Virus record (IMG/VR): IMGVR_UViG_3300031162_001060
Location: 1,934-65,933 of that record
DNA: 64,000 nt
Origin: a virus
Taxonomy: Duplodnaviria; Caudoviricetes
Reading direction: 5' to 3' (one strand)
Positions 49,843 to 59,023 of the stretch are shown one piece after another (position 1 is the stretch's first letter; the number at the start of each line of letters is the position of its first letter). The translations under genes and the position numbers were made by a program. Under the pieces are notes generated by a model. The model was not told the DNA's origin. It was given only the letters and a program-made list of their open reading frames with translations, and did not search any database.

Positions 49843-50867
49843 TGAGTGATTTTACGCAGCCTATAAATACGGTGTTTGTTACTGAGGCGGATAATTCGGT
49901 TACTGTGGCGTCTCCGGGGCCTAAGGGCGATCCTGGCGCTGATGGTAAGACGGTGTTGAGTGGTTCTGGGGTACCTGTTGCGGGTTTGGGTGTGGACGGT
50001 GATTTTTATATTGATACGTTGGCTTCGGATTTGTATGGCCCTAAGTCTGCTGGGGTGTGGGGTGTTCCTACGTCGCTGATTGGGCCTCAAGGGGATACAG
50101 GTGAGACGGGTCCGACCGGTCCGACCGGACCTACGGGAGCTACCGGTGCAACCGGGCCTGCAGGAGTTGATGGTACTGCCGTGTTGAACGGGGCGGGCGT
50201 ACCGTCTGCAGGGTTAGGGGTTGATGGAGATTTTTATATTGATACGACTAATGACGATATTTATGGCCCTAAAACGAGTGGGGCGTGGGGGACGGCCACG
50301 TCTTTGATCGGGCCAACTGGTCCGCAAGGTTCGGGCGGTATAGGAGACCTTTTAGGAGAAGTGCATGTAACTAGCACTGCTACTTCTATTTCTTTTGTTA
50401 ATTCAAATAACGCTTGGGATTCGTATCCGATTTTAAAGCTGTTCGCAACGTATGTCCGGGGAGGGTCCGGCCTAGGGGTTGATTTAACTATGGAAATTAA
50501 TCAGATCACATCAACCGACTATGGGTACCTTACCAGCAGGGTATCTTCTCTTAACGATACTCAAACTCAAACGAGTTCTGCGTCTTCTGTAAAGTTACAC
50601 ACAATAGGCAACAGTTCAGTATATATAATGGACATGACTATTGACAATTCTCAATCATCTAGAGCGCAGCGCATTTATGAAGCTACTATAAGTGACTCAT
50701 ATTATTTCTTTGCTGGCCCAACATGGTCAGGAGCTACAACATCGATTTCGGGTGGAGTTGTTGTAAACAGTTACGACACTATTGATCAGATCGATATTCG
50801 CATAGATAATTCTAATGGGAATACTATTTCTGCAGATTCGTATTTTAAGTTGTATGGTTTATTATGA
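49842..50867 (+). CDS. Collagen-like fibre protein
   Basis: GPT/GAT triplets, 2x GLGVDGDFYID modules, C-terminal SYFKLYG. Confidence 0.75.
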   Translation: MSDFTQPINTVFVTEADNSVTVASPGPKGDPGADGKTVLSGSGVPVAGLGVDGDFYIDTLASDLYGPKSAGVWGVPTSLIGPQGDTGETGPTGPTGPTGATGATGPAGVDGTAVLNGAGVPSAGLGVDGDFYIDTTNDDIYGPKTSGAWGTATSLIGPTGPQGSGGIGDLLGEVHVTSTATSISFVNSNNAWDSYPILKLFATYVRGGSGLGVDLTMEINQITSTDYGYLTSRVSSLNDTQTQTSSASSVKLHTIGNSSVYIMDMTIDNSQSSRAQRIYEATISDSYYFFAGPTWSGATTSISGGVVVNSYDTIDQIDIRIDNSNGNTISADSYFKLYGLL

Positions 50868-51136
50868 AACGTCAAGATAAATACGGAGAATGGGTATCTG
50901 AAGACGGTGTTGGTTGGTTGTTAGAAACACCGTCAGATCAGTACGCAGAGTTAACTGTTCGAGATCCCGGTGTGGTACCTAAAGGTCCGCTTCAGCCTGT
51001 TGGGGCGCTTGCTACGCTGCTGGCGGTTACTGAAACGTTAACAGTAGACGACGCTGCAAAAGCTGTTGGTTTAGAGCCTGAGGATCTTGTGCATGAAGCT
51101 GAAGCGTGGCAGCTTGTAGTAGACACGACACCCTAG
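50864..51136 (+). CDS. Small fibre-associated protein
   Basis: Paralogous C-terminus to gene 49534. Confidence 0.65.
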   Translation: MKRQDKYGEWVSEDGVGWLLETPSDQYAELTVRDPGVVPKGPLQPVGALATLLAVTETLTVDDAAKAVGLEPEDLVHEAEAWQLVVDTTP

Positions 51137-51332
51137 TTGTGGTGTACTAGTTGCCAGCTTCAGGTGATATACATTAAACTATTCTATGTAAAGAAGACCT
51201 AGAAACTTCTAAAAGTTTCCGTGATTTACTTTACGTTAATGATAGCATAATATTTGACCGGTGTCACCACATTTATGTGTTGGGTCGCCTGTCATTAGAC
51301 AGTAAACATGTTAATTACCTTAAGGAGAAAAC

Positions 51333-52643
51333 ATGAGTTTTGATGAGAGTCGGCTCAACGAGGTGAAGACTGCTCTTCAGGCCAAGATGGCTGAACAGCA
51401 GCAAATCGTTGACTCGATGCAGGTGGAGGGCACCACTGTTATCGCTGATAGCGAGAAGAAGGCTGCCTTCCGTGCTAATATGGCAGAGATTGACGAGATG
51501 AAGAGTCTTATCGATGGCATGACTAGCCTTCGTGACATTTCGGCTTGGTCGTCTGAGGCTGAGTACAAGTCGGTTGCGGCTGAGGTTGCTGCCGGTGTTG
51601 AGCGTGAGGTTTCGTATCACCGTACTATTGGTGATGCTTTCCTGGCTTCTGACGAATTTAAGTCGCTTCAGAATGGTAAGGCGGGTGTGAACATGCACTC
51701 CCCATTCGAAGCCAAGACGCTTGCTCAGAAAGATCTGTATCCGGAGCTTCCGGGCGGCGCTCATACCGCTCCTGGTGCTTTTGGTGCGGTTCAGCGTGAT
51801 GGTATTGTTCCGATTGCTCAGCGTCGTAGCCGGGTTCGTGACTTGTTCCCGACTCGTACGACGAACGCTGCGGTGATTGAGTACTTCCGCCAGACGGGCT
51901 TTGTCACGGCGACGGGCTGGAGCGGCAATAACGCTTCGGTGGTTCCTGATTACGCTAACGGTAAGTTCTCGGACACCCTTGGCAAGCCGCAGTCGTCAAT
52001 GACGTTCACTGGCGAGCAGGCTCCGGTTCGGACCATCGCTCACTGGGAAGCTGCTCACCGTAACGTTCTTGCCGATGAGCCGCAGCTTCGCAGCATCATC
52101 GACAACGAGCTTCTGTACGGTCTTCGTATTCACGAAGATGATCAGATTCTGCAGGGTACGGGCACTGGCGAGGACCTTCAGGGTATCCGTAACGCCGGTA
52201 TTCAGACCTATCAGTGGAGCACTGGTGTCACTGGCGACAACAAGGCGGATGCTATCCGTCGTGCAGCTACGCTTGCTTACTTGGCTTACTACGAGCCGAC
52301 CGGTGTGATTGTTCACCCGGCGGATTGGGAAGACATGGAGCTTGCTAAGAACAGCCAGGGCACGTACATGCTGGCGATGTCGGTTGCGAGTGGTGCGGAT
52401 TCCCGCATTTGGCGCGTTCCGGTCATCGATACTCCGGCGATTGATGCTGGTTACGCTCTGATTGGTGCTTTCGGCACCGGCGCTCAGCTTTACGACCGTG
52501 AGTCGGCTTCGATCCGTATTTCGGAAAACCACGCTGACTTCTTTATCCGTAACGCTATTGTGGTGCTGGCTGAGGAGCGTCTTGCTCTCGCTGTCAAGCG
52601 CCCCGAGGCTTTCGTTGAAGTTCACTTCAACTCCGCTCCTTGA
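51333..52643 (+). CDS. Major capsid protein (HK97 fold)
   Basis: N-terminal coiled-coil delta domain, VRDL, KPQS, VRTIAHW, EDDQILQGTG, FIRN..VLAEERLALAVKRPEAF; AAGGAG RBS. Confidence 0.95.
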   Translation: MSFDESRLNEVKTALQAKMAEQQQIVDSMQVEGTTVIADSEKKAAFRANMAEIDEMKSLIDGMTSLRDISAWSSEAEYKSVAAEVAAGVEREVSYHRTIGDAFLASDEFKSLQNGKAGVNMHSPFEAKTLAQKDLYPELPGGAHTAPGAFGAVQRDGIVPIAQRRSRVRDLFPTRTTNAAVIEYFRQTGFVTATGWSGNNASVVPDYANGKFSDTLGKPQSSMTFTGEQAPVRTIAHWEAAHRNVLADEPQLRSIIDNELLYGLRIHEDDQILQGTGTGEDLQGIRNAGIQTYQWSTGVTGDNKADAIRRAATLAYLAYYEPTGVIVHPADWEDMELAKNSQGTYMLAMSVASGADSRIWRVPVIDTPAIDAGYALIGAFGTGAQLYDRESASIRISENHADFFIRNAIVVLAEERLALAVKRPEAFVEVHFNSAP

Positions 52644-52680
52644 TCCTGAGTAATTAGGATAGGGCTTGAAGCCTAGTTGA

Positions 52681-52710
52681 GAACCCCCGGTCTTCGGACC
52701 GGGGGTTTTC
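52681..52710 (+). terminator. Intrinsic terminator after the major capsid gene
   Basis: AACCCCCGGTC-TTCG-GACCGGGGGTT-TTC with a cUUCGg tetraloop. Confidence 0.9.
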
Positions 52711-52727
52711 GCATGTATACTATAAGT

Positions 52728-53465
52728 ATGCCTGTTTTTGATGGTTTTGATGATTTACCTTTTCCGGTTTGGACAAGGCATGATGTTGATTTGTTAGAAT
52801 CTATTGATCCTGATTTGTGTTTTGGTTTAACTAACGTTGTTGAATATTTGGCTCACAATAATGGGATTTTGGATAGTCGTAATTTTGATTTAATTCTGCT
52901 TATGCACGCTGTAGTAAATTCAGGCGGGCGAGAAGATATTTATTCGCTACATGGGACTGAAGCAATAGTTAGTGTGGCTAGCGAATTTTGCTTGATTGAT
53001 TGCTTGTATGATAGGCAGTCTTTAGAGGCTTTAGAGTTACAAGATAACGGTGTCTTGTTTTTAGCGGTTAATGAGGCTAGTTCTGCAGCGTTAGACGCTG
53101 CTTTGTGTTTATCTGATCGTGCTTCTTCTGTTTTCAGGTATCGGTCTGTGCGTCCGTGTTTGGCGTTGTTTGGGGTTTGGGAAGAATTTGCTGGAACAAT
53201 CCTGGCCACGTTGTTGACTTTGGGGGAAGTCTCTACTAAGATAGGCTTCCTGATCGAATATTTGAAGGCTTCTAAACTGGTGCCTTTGGATGACGTGACT
53301 GCGATGAGCATGTTGTTGAAGCTGTCTGATGTAGGGTTGTTTGATGTGTATTGGGACGATCGATTAGACGGCATAATTTCTATTAACGTGGAAGCTGCAG
53401 GCATATTTTTGCTGTTTTCGGATCGGGAAGATCTTGCCCGCCAGTTGGCCGAGTTGACTCAGTAA
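52728..53465 (+). CDS. Hypothetical protein
   Basis: TATACT-6-ATG leaderless start. Confidence 0.65.
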   Translation: MPVFDGFDDLPFPVWTRHDVDLLESIDPDLCFGLTNVVEYLAHNNGILDSRNFDLILLMHAVVNSGGREDIYSLHGTEAIVSVASEFCLIDCLYDRQSLEALELQDNGVLFLAVNEASSAALDAALCLSDRASSVFRYRSVRPCLALFGVWEEFAGTILATLLTLGEVSTKIGFLIEYLKASKLVPLDDVTAMSMLLKLSDVGLFDVYWDDRLDGIISINVEAAGIFLLFSDREDLARQLAELTQ

Positions 53466-53596
53466 AAAGTTGTAAATAGTTGTCGGTTTTTACGTATCTC
53501 GTGGTAACTTGACGCCACGGCGAACTGATGTCGGCGTACAATACTAAAACCATCTTTAATTTAACCGCCTCATTTAGACCACAAGGAGAATATACT

Positions 53597-55546
53597 GTGG
53601 GCCTTGATATTATTTCTGACGACTTTGCTAACTCTTATGCAGACAAAGACCCCGGTTGGGGGTTTAACGGTTTAGGTTATATTGTTTATAAGCGAACGTA
53701 TGCTCGTCCCGTGGCAAATGGAGAACGCACTGAAGAGTGGCATGAAACAATTCAGCGGGTAGTGAACGGTGCGCAAGCTGTTGGCGCTGGCCTTACTCAA
53801 GAAGAAGCAGAAATTCTCTATGATAAACTTTTTTACCTTAAGGGCAGTGTAGCTGGCCGAATGCTGTGGCAGCTAGGCACTGAGAATAATACTCGTATCG
53901 GCGGGGACTCGTTGGTCAACTGCTGGTTTGTTGATGTTCAGTGCCCCGAAGACTTTTCGTGGGCCATCGACCGTCTCATGCTTGGCGGGGGCGTTGGTTT
54001 CTCATGTAATCAGCCTGAGCGACTTGGCGTGGTGAGGCATGCCACGATTACGCATGCTGATGTCAACGATGCCGACTTTATTGTGCCCGATACTCGTGAA
54101 GGTTGGGCGGAACTTATTGAGCGTGTGGTTAAGGCGTTTGTTGGTGGACCTGAGGTTAAGAATTCGTTGACTTTTGCGACGCATCTTATTCGTCCGTACG
54201 GTGAACCTATCCACGGATTTGGTGGTACTGCGTCGGGTCCGGATATTCTTATTCAAGGGGCGCTTCAAATAGCGGATGTTTTAGCTGGTGCTGCTGGTCG
54301 TCATTTGAATTCTGTAGAGGTTTTGGATATTCTTAATATTATTGGCTCTATTGTGGTTGCTGGTAATGTTCGCCGTTCTGCTGAGATTGCGTTGGGTGAT
54401 GTGGATGATGAGACGTTTATGATGGCTAAGCGTTGGGACCTTGGTAATGTGCCGAACTATCGAGCGATGTCCAACAACTCTGTGTTTGTGTCTAATGAGC
54501 AGATGCAGCGGCTGGCTCTTGATCCGGATGCGAATATTTGGTCGGGCTACAAGGGCAACGGGGAGCCTTACGGGTTCTTTAATTTGGAGAATGCCCGCGA
54601 GTTTGGCCGCATGGGAGAGATCGCCCGAGATGATTCTATTGTGGGCGTTAATCCGTGTGCTGAGATTCCGCTTGCTCACCGAGAGTCGTGTAACTTGTGC
54701 GAGATTTTCTTGCCCCGAATTGACTCGGTTGACGAGTTGATCGAAATGTCGTCATTACTGTTTAAGGTTCAAAAGGCTATTGCCGCCATGCCTTACGTTG
54801 ATCACCAGTCGGATGTCATTACCAGCCAGAACATGCGTTTGGGTTTGGGCGTGACCGGCGTGGCTCAGGCTCTAGACAAGATCGACTGGCTGGACGAGGC
54901 TTATGTGTCGCTTCGCAAGCTGGATGAAGAGTGGTCTGCCGAGCGTGGCTGGCCTGAGTCGGTGCGCCTGACTACAGTCAAGCCGTCAGGTACTCTGAGT
55001 CTACTTCCGGGCGTTACGCCGGGAGTCCATCCGGGGTTTAGTTCCAAGTTTGTTAAGCGTATGCGTATTGCCGCAGATCACCCATTGGTTCAGTTCTGCA
55101 CCGACCACGGCTATGACACGTATCCGGTGTTGAACTTTGATGGTACCGAGGATGCTCGTACATCGATTATTGATTTCCCGTGTGAGTTCCCTGAGGGCAC
55201 TTTGCTTGCCGAGGATATGACTGCTATTGAGCAGATGGACTTTGTGCGTAAGCTTCAGAGAGTGTGGGCTGATAACGCTGTTTCGGTTACGGTTTATTAC
55301 CGCATGGAAGAACTTCCGGACATCATGGAGTACTTGGGTGAGCATTGGAAGGAGATGAAGTCGGTGTCGTTCCTTCTTCACTCGGAGCACGGGTTTGCTC
55401 AAGCTCCTTTGGGAGAGTTGACCGAGGAAGAGTACACCGAGATGGTGAGCGCTCTGACCCCGTTCGGTATGGATCATGTTGCAGCAAACACTGCGATGGA
55501 GTTGGATGACGATGATTGCGCTACGGGAGCGTGCCCTGTTCGGTGA
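53597..55546 (+). CDS. nrdJ: Class II (adenosylcobalamin-dependent) ribonucleotide reductase, monomeric RTPR type
   Basis: YKRTYAR, GRMLW, LVNCW, LMLGGGVG, GNVRRSAE, NPCAE, TTVKPSGT, C-terminal CATGACPVR; no beta-subunit gene nearby. Confidence 0.92.
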   Translation: MGLDIISDDFANSYADKDPGWGFNGLGYIVYKRTYARPVANGERTEEWHETIQRVVNGAQAVGAGLTQEEAEILYDKLFYLKGSVAGRMLWQLGTENNTRIGGDSLVNCWFVDVQCPEDFSWAIDRLMLGGGVGFSCNQPERLGVVRHATITHADVNDADFIVPDTREGWAELIERVVKAFVGGPEVKNSLTFATHLIRPYGEPIHGFGGTASGPDILIQGALQIADVLAGAAGRHLNSVEVLDILNIIGSIVVAGNVRRSAEIALGDVDDETFMMAKRWDLGNVPNYRAMSNNSVFVSNEQMQRLALDPDANIWSGYKGNGEPYGFFNLENAREFGRMGEIARDDSIVGVNPCAEIPLAHRESCNLCEIFLPRIDSVDELIEMSSLLFKVQKAIAAMPYVDHQSDVITSQNMRLGLGVTGVAQALDKIDWLDEAYVSLRKLDEEWSAERGWPESVRLTTVKPSGTLSLLPGVTPGVHPGFSSKFVKRMRIAADHPLVQFCTDHGYDTYPVLNFDGTEDARTSIIDFPCEFPEGTLLAEDMTAIEQMDFVRKLQRVWADNAVSVTVYYRMEELPDIMEYLGEHWKEMKSVSFLLHSEHGFAQAPLGELTEEEYTEMVSALTPFGMDHVAANTAMELDDDDCATGACPVR

Positions 55547-55614
55547 TGCAAATAAGTTAATAGTATAGTCAAGAAAGTTGCAATCACTTGAAATTTGGGG
55601 TATTAAAGTATTTT

Positions 55615-55737
55615 TGTACCGGCAAATTAGACTAACCCCAAAGGAGGAGATTGTGATTATCGGCTGAGGTGCCGGTAGCTGTAAAGCAATCAACATCTAT
55701 TGCGGGGCTTAGTCGATTTGACTAAGCCCCGCTTTGT
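55615..55737 (+). ncRNA. Candidate ~120-nt small RNA containing a strong SD and a 4-codon minigene
   Basis: TACCGGCA/TGCCGGTA closing stem, AAGGAGG-5 nt-GTG ATT ATC GGC TGA, terminator at the 3' end. Confidence 0.4.
55702..55737 (+). terminator. Intrinsic terminator overlapping the -35 box of the next gene
   Basis: 13-bp stem GCGGGGCTTAGTC/GACTAAGCCCCGC plus TTTGTT; TTGACT-17-TACAGT-6-ATG(55753). Confidence 0.8.
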
Positions 55738-55752
55738 TGTTACAGTAGTAAT

Positions 55753-56115
55753 ATGGTGTCTGTACTACAGCATTTAAAAGAAAATCATGTTCATTATGAA
55801 CTAATGATGGTCGCAAAGTGTGTAAAGCGTCAAGGCTTGGCAGAGACCGTGCCAATAGATGACGACGACCAATTGTCTTTACCTGCTATTTTGGCTATTC
55901 AGCCAGGCATGTTACAAGGGCGAGCTAAGTTGTCGAACAATTTTGATGAACTTATAGCCCACGTTCCGGGTTGGCGTCGGCAGGTGTTTACTTTGTGCTG
56001 GGAAGCTATTGAGTTAGAAGTTGAAGAAGACATTGTGGCTTGGTCGGAGAGAGTCGGCAAAGAGGCGGTGTTTAAAAGAATTATGTCATTGGCTAATGAG
56101 ATAGCTCACGCATAG
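55753..56115 (+). CDS. Hypothetical protein
   Basis: Leaderless promoter directly upstream. Confidence 0.65.
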   Translation: MVSVLQHLKENHVHYELMMVAKCVKRQGLAETVPIDDDDQLSLPAILAIQPGMLQGRAKLSNNFDELIAHVPGWRRQVFTLCWEAIELEVEEDIVAWSERVGKEAVFKRIMSLANEIAHA

Positions 56116-56166
56116 TTATAGTATAGTTAGCTTGACATGCGTGCTGGGTTTTACTAAACTAGCTGT

Positions 56167-56553
56167 ATGCGACACGAAACTAGATGGCACAAATATTATG
56201 AAGCGCTACTCGCTTATGAGTCACGGTATGGTGACGCTCTTGTGCCTACAGGACATGTAGAGTTTATTGGTCCTGATGAGTGTATCAATTTAGGCAATTG
56301 GGTTAGTTATATGCGCACTAGATACAGGCAAGGTAAGTTGGCTTCGGATCGCATAAATCGGCTCGAAAATTTAAACACATGGACGTGGGGGCCGGTTAGG
56401 CCGGGACCTAAATCTAAAACTTATATTTCGGAAAGAAATAGTAGTATCTATAGTGAACATAAGAGTGGGCAGACTCTAGCTAAAATTGGAAGTAAATATA
56501 GTCTGTCTAGACAGAGAGTACATCAGATAGTAAAGGAGTATTCCGATGAGTAG
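56167..56553 (+). CDS. Helicase-associated (HA) domain + sigma-70 region-4-like HTH protein
   Basis: W...Y..L..Y...G...VP...LGNWV...R...RINRLE..W.W, then TLAKIG..YSLSRQRVHQI; promoter TTGACA-17-TAAACT-6-ATG. Confidence 0.8.
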   Translation: MRHETRWHKYYEALLAYESRYGDALVPTGHVEFIGPDECINLGNWVSYMRTRYRQGKLASDRINRLENLNTWTWGPVRPGPKSKTYISERNSSIYSEHKSGQTLAKIGSKYSLSRQRVHQIVKEYSDE

Positions 56554-56854
56554 GGATAACGCCGAGTGGAGTAGATTCACTAGCAAAATTGTAGTAAACG
56601 AAGAGTCAGAGGAGACCATCACAATGCAACCGTCACCAGTTATAGCGTTAATTAATGGGCTAATTACTATTGTTGTGCTTTCAGCTATTTCGGCGTTGGG
56701 TTTAATGATTGCTAATAGTGTGCTTGTTGGAGCATGGCCGGAGTTTACTGAGATTGCCCCAGGGATCGGGTTCTTTGACGCATTCCATGTTTCGTATATT
56801 GGCTGGTTTGTGTTTATTATGAAGCAGACTGTTGTTGCGAATGTGATGAAGTGA
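56546..56854 (+). CDS. Membrane protein
   Basis: Two hydrophobic segments. Confidence 0.6.
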   Translation: MSRDNAEWSRFTSKIVVNEESEETITMQPSPVIALINGLITIVVLSAISALGLMIANSVLVGAWPEFTEIAPGIGFFDAFHVSYIGWFVFIMKQTVVANVMK

Positions 56855-56855
56855 T

Positions 56856-57326
56856 ATGGCTGTTACTGAGAGTGTTTCGTCGTGGCAGGATCATGCGTGG
56901 GAGCACGTGAGTAGTGTGTTTGAGCGTAGGTCTGGTCGGGTTGTGGCTTTGGATGATATCCGGGCGTACGTTAATAATCTAATTGATACTTACTTTTTGG
57001 GCAATATGCCTTTGGTTGATTTGGATGTGTGGGCGGATCTTGCTGTGATGACTAAGGATGCCGATGTTGAGTTAGATAAGGATTTTGTCTGGGAGACGTT
57101 GTGTAATAAGCAGCGTGATTATGGTCCTGATAATATTTTGCGGTTTGGGCATCGTGGGTTGATTGTCCGGTTGCATGATAAGGTTGCTAGGCTTGAGAAT
57201 TTGTTGAAGTCTGGTAGGACTCCGGAGAATGAGTCTGTTGCGGACACATATTTGGATATTGTGGGTTATTGTGTGATTGGTTTGATGCTTTTAGACCGGA
57301 GCTTCCTAAAGCAAATGGCTGATTAG
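56856..57326 (+). CDS. Nucleotide-modification-associated domain 1 (Nmad1/DUF1599-like) protein
   Basis: KQRDYG..N...G..VRLHDKVARL.NL...NESV.DT..DIVGY. Confidence 0.75.
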   Translation: MAVTESVSSWQDHAWEHVSSVFERRSGRVVALDDIRAYVNNLIDTYFLGNMPLVDLDVWADLAVMTKDADVELDKDFVWETLCNKQRDYGPDNILRFGHRGLIVRLHDKVARLENLLKSGRTPENESVADTYLDIVGYCVIGLMLLDRSFLKQMAD

Positions 57327-57391
57327 TCTGGGAGCCGCGTGTCGATGCGGTATTATATTCTCAGTATTCGTTTTTTTCTTAGGGGCTGTGT

Positions 57392-57724
57392 ATGGCTGTT
57401 CCAATCGAGGGCGTGGGGCGTGTCAGTCCTGACGATGATTTACGCAATAAAAGCATTCGGGACCTCGACAAAATTATGACGAGTTTGCGTGCTAAAAAGA
57501 AAGCAAACGGAAAGCTTACCGCCAGTCAGCAACAAATATTTGATAATGCTCAAAAAATGAAAGGTGCCCGAGCCGATTGGCGTGATAGGACTGGTATTAA
57601 GGGCGCTCATTTGCGTGGAGCGAGTATTCCGATGCTGAGAGCCAATCGGAAGGACCCGCAAGCTTGGGCTGCTGGTTTGAAGTCTGCGCAAAAGCGCTCA
57701 AACCCTAAAAAGCCTACACCATAA
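57392..57724 (+). CDS. Small basic hypothetical protein
   Basis: AGGGG RBS, K/R-rich. Confidence 0.55.
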   Translation: MAVPIEGVGRVSPDDDLRNKSIRDLDKIMTSLRAKKKANGKLTASQQQIFDNAQKMKGARADWRDRTGIKGAHLRGASIPMLRANRKDPQAWAAGLKSAQKRSNPKKPTP

Positions 57725-57741
57725 GGGAGGGGTTAAAAAAT

Positions 57742-58401
57742 ATGGCTTTAATCACGGTGGCAGACATAACAACCTACATGGATATCACGTTAACAAACTT
57801 GCAAGAAGACGCCGCCCAGTTTGTTATTGATGGGCTGCAGTCTGAGTTAGAGATGTATTTACGTCGGCCTGTTGAGCAGACCACGTTTACCGAGTCGTAT
57901 CGTATTCCTGATTATGGTAGGGGTGTGTCGAATAATCCGTATTTTTATAATTATTCTATGGAGCCTATTTTTTCCCCTAATACAACTGGGTTGACGAGTG
58001 CTGGTATGTTGTATATGCCGGGTACGTATACGCTGTATTTGGATCAGAGTCCTGTTGTGTCTGTGTCGTCGTTGACGATTACGCAGTCTTCTGCGTCTGC
58101 TGCGGCTAATCCGCAGACGGCTGAGTCTGATTATATTGTTCGTGAGTATGGGGTTGATTTGAAGAATGCTTTTGCGAATGATAAGGTGGATATTACGTAT
58201 GTTGCGGGTTTGGATGGTGCGAATATTCCTGCGTTTAAGTTGTTGATGTTGCGGGCGGCTACGCGTGAGATGCAGAATATGCATGATGATGTTGTTGGTT
58301 TGAAGGATTTGACGACTCGTAATGTTGCTCCGTTGGAGACTGGTTTTTCTGATCGTGAGTTGTTTAGTTTGCGTAAGTATCGTCGTGTGAGGGTTGCTTG
58401 A
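57742..58401 (+). CDS. Head-to-tail adaptor/connector
   Basis: MALITVADI..Y, E.YLRRPV, V.ITY.AG, L.KYRRVRVA; position in the structural module. Confidence 0.75.
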   Translation: MALITVADITTYMDITLTNLQEDAAQFVIDGLQSELEMYLRRPVEQTTFTESYRIPDYGRGVSNNPYFYNYSMEPIFSPNTTGLTSAGMLYMPGTYTLYLDQSPVVSVSSLTITQSSASAAANPQTAESDYIVREYGVDLKNAFANDKVDITYVAGLDGANIPAFKLLMLRAATREMQNMHDDVVGLKDLTTRNVAPLETGFSDRELFSLRKYRRVRVA

Positions 58402-58402
58402 T

Positions 58403-59017
58403 ATGGCGGGGCGTAAAAAAGTTTTTGATATTAAGATTAAGAAGACTAAAGATGAGGCTACTCCACATCTTAACGCTATGGAGCGGCGAGCGATTAAGGG
58501 GTTTAAAAGCCAGTTTAAATGGGCGACTCGCCACCTTAAGCAGGACATTAGAAAAGATTTTTCTACTAGTGGCGGCGGCAAGTGGGCTGCTCTGGAACAA
58601 GAGACTGTAGCGTGGAAGCTGGATGAATACGGGGCGCGAGGTATTTTGGTTGCTTCGGGTGACTTGAGAAAGAGTTTAACTGTTGATAATGCAAGAGGAG
58701 CGGTACGGAAATATGGTTCTCATAAGATGCAGTTTGGTACTGATCTTAGAGATGTAGCTAACAATAGAAATGTGGTTTATCCTGCTTTTATTCAATACGG
58801 AACATCTAACATGGAGGCCCGTAAGTTTTTGTTTGACTTTGGTGATCCTTACGGTAAACGATTTTCCCGCAAGTTAGGTTACGCTATTAATGAACGTATT
58901 ATTTATGGCGGTACAGTAGGGAAACACTACACGTGGTTGAAGAAGACTGGCCTGCGAGGAGCAGATACGCCTGGCTGGATAAGGACTTACAGTGGCAGTG
59001 TTTTGAAGGGGCAGTGA
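58403..59017 (+). CDS. Virion morphogenesis / tail completion protein (gpG/S-like)
   Basis: F...G.KWAAL...T, IL..SGDLRKSL, Y..FIQYGT.NM.AR.FL. Confidence 0.75.
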   Translation: MAGRKKVFDIKIKKTKDEATPHLNAMERRAIKGFKSQFKWATRHLKQDIRKDFSTSGGGKWAALEQETVAWKLDEYGARGILVASGDLRKSLTVDNARGAVRKYGSHKMQFGTDLRDVANNRNVVYPAFIQYGTSNMEARKFLFDFGDPYGKRFSRKLGYAINERIIYGGTVGKHYTWLKKTGLRGADTPGWIRTYSGSVLKGQ

Positions 59018-59023
59018 TTTGTT

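Noticed and set aside
53597-55546. Intein or intron in nrdJ (also checked recA, terL, primase-helicase)
   Set aside because: Lengths are normal and motifs are uninterrupted
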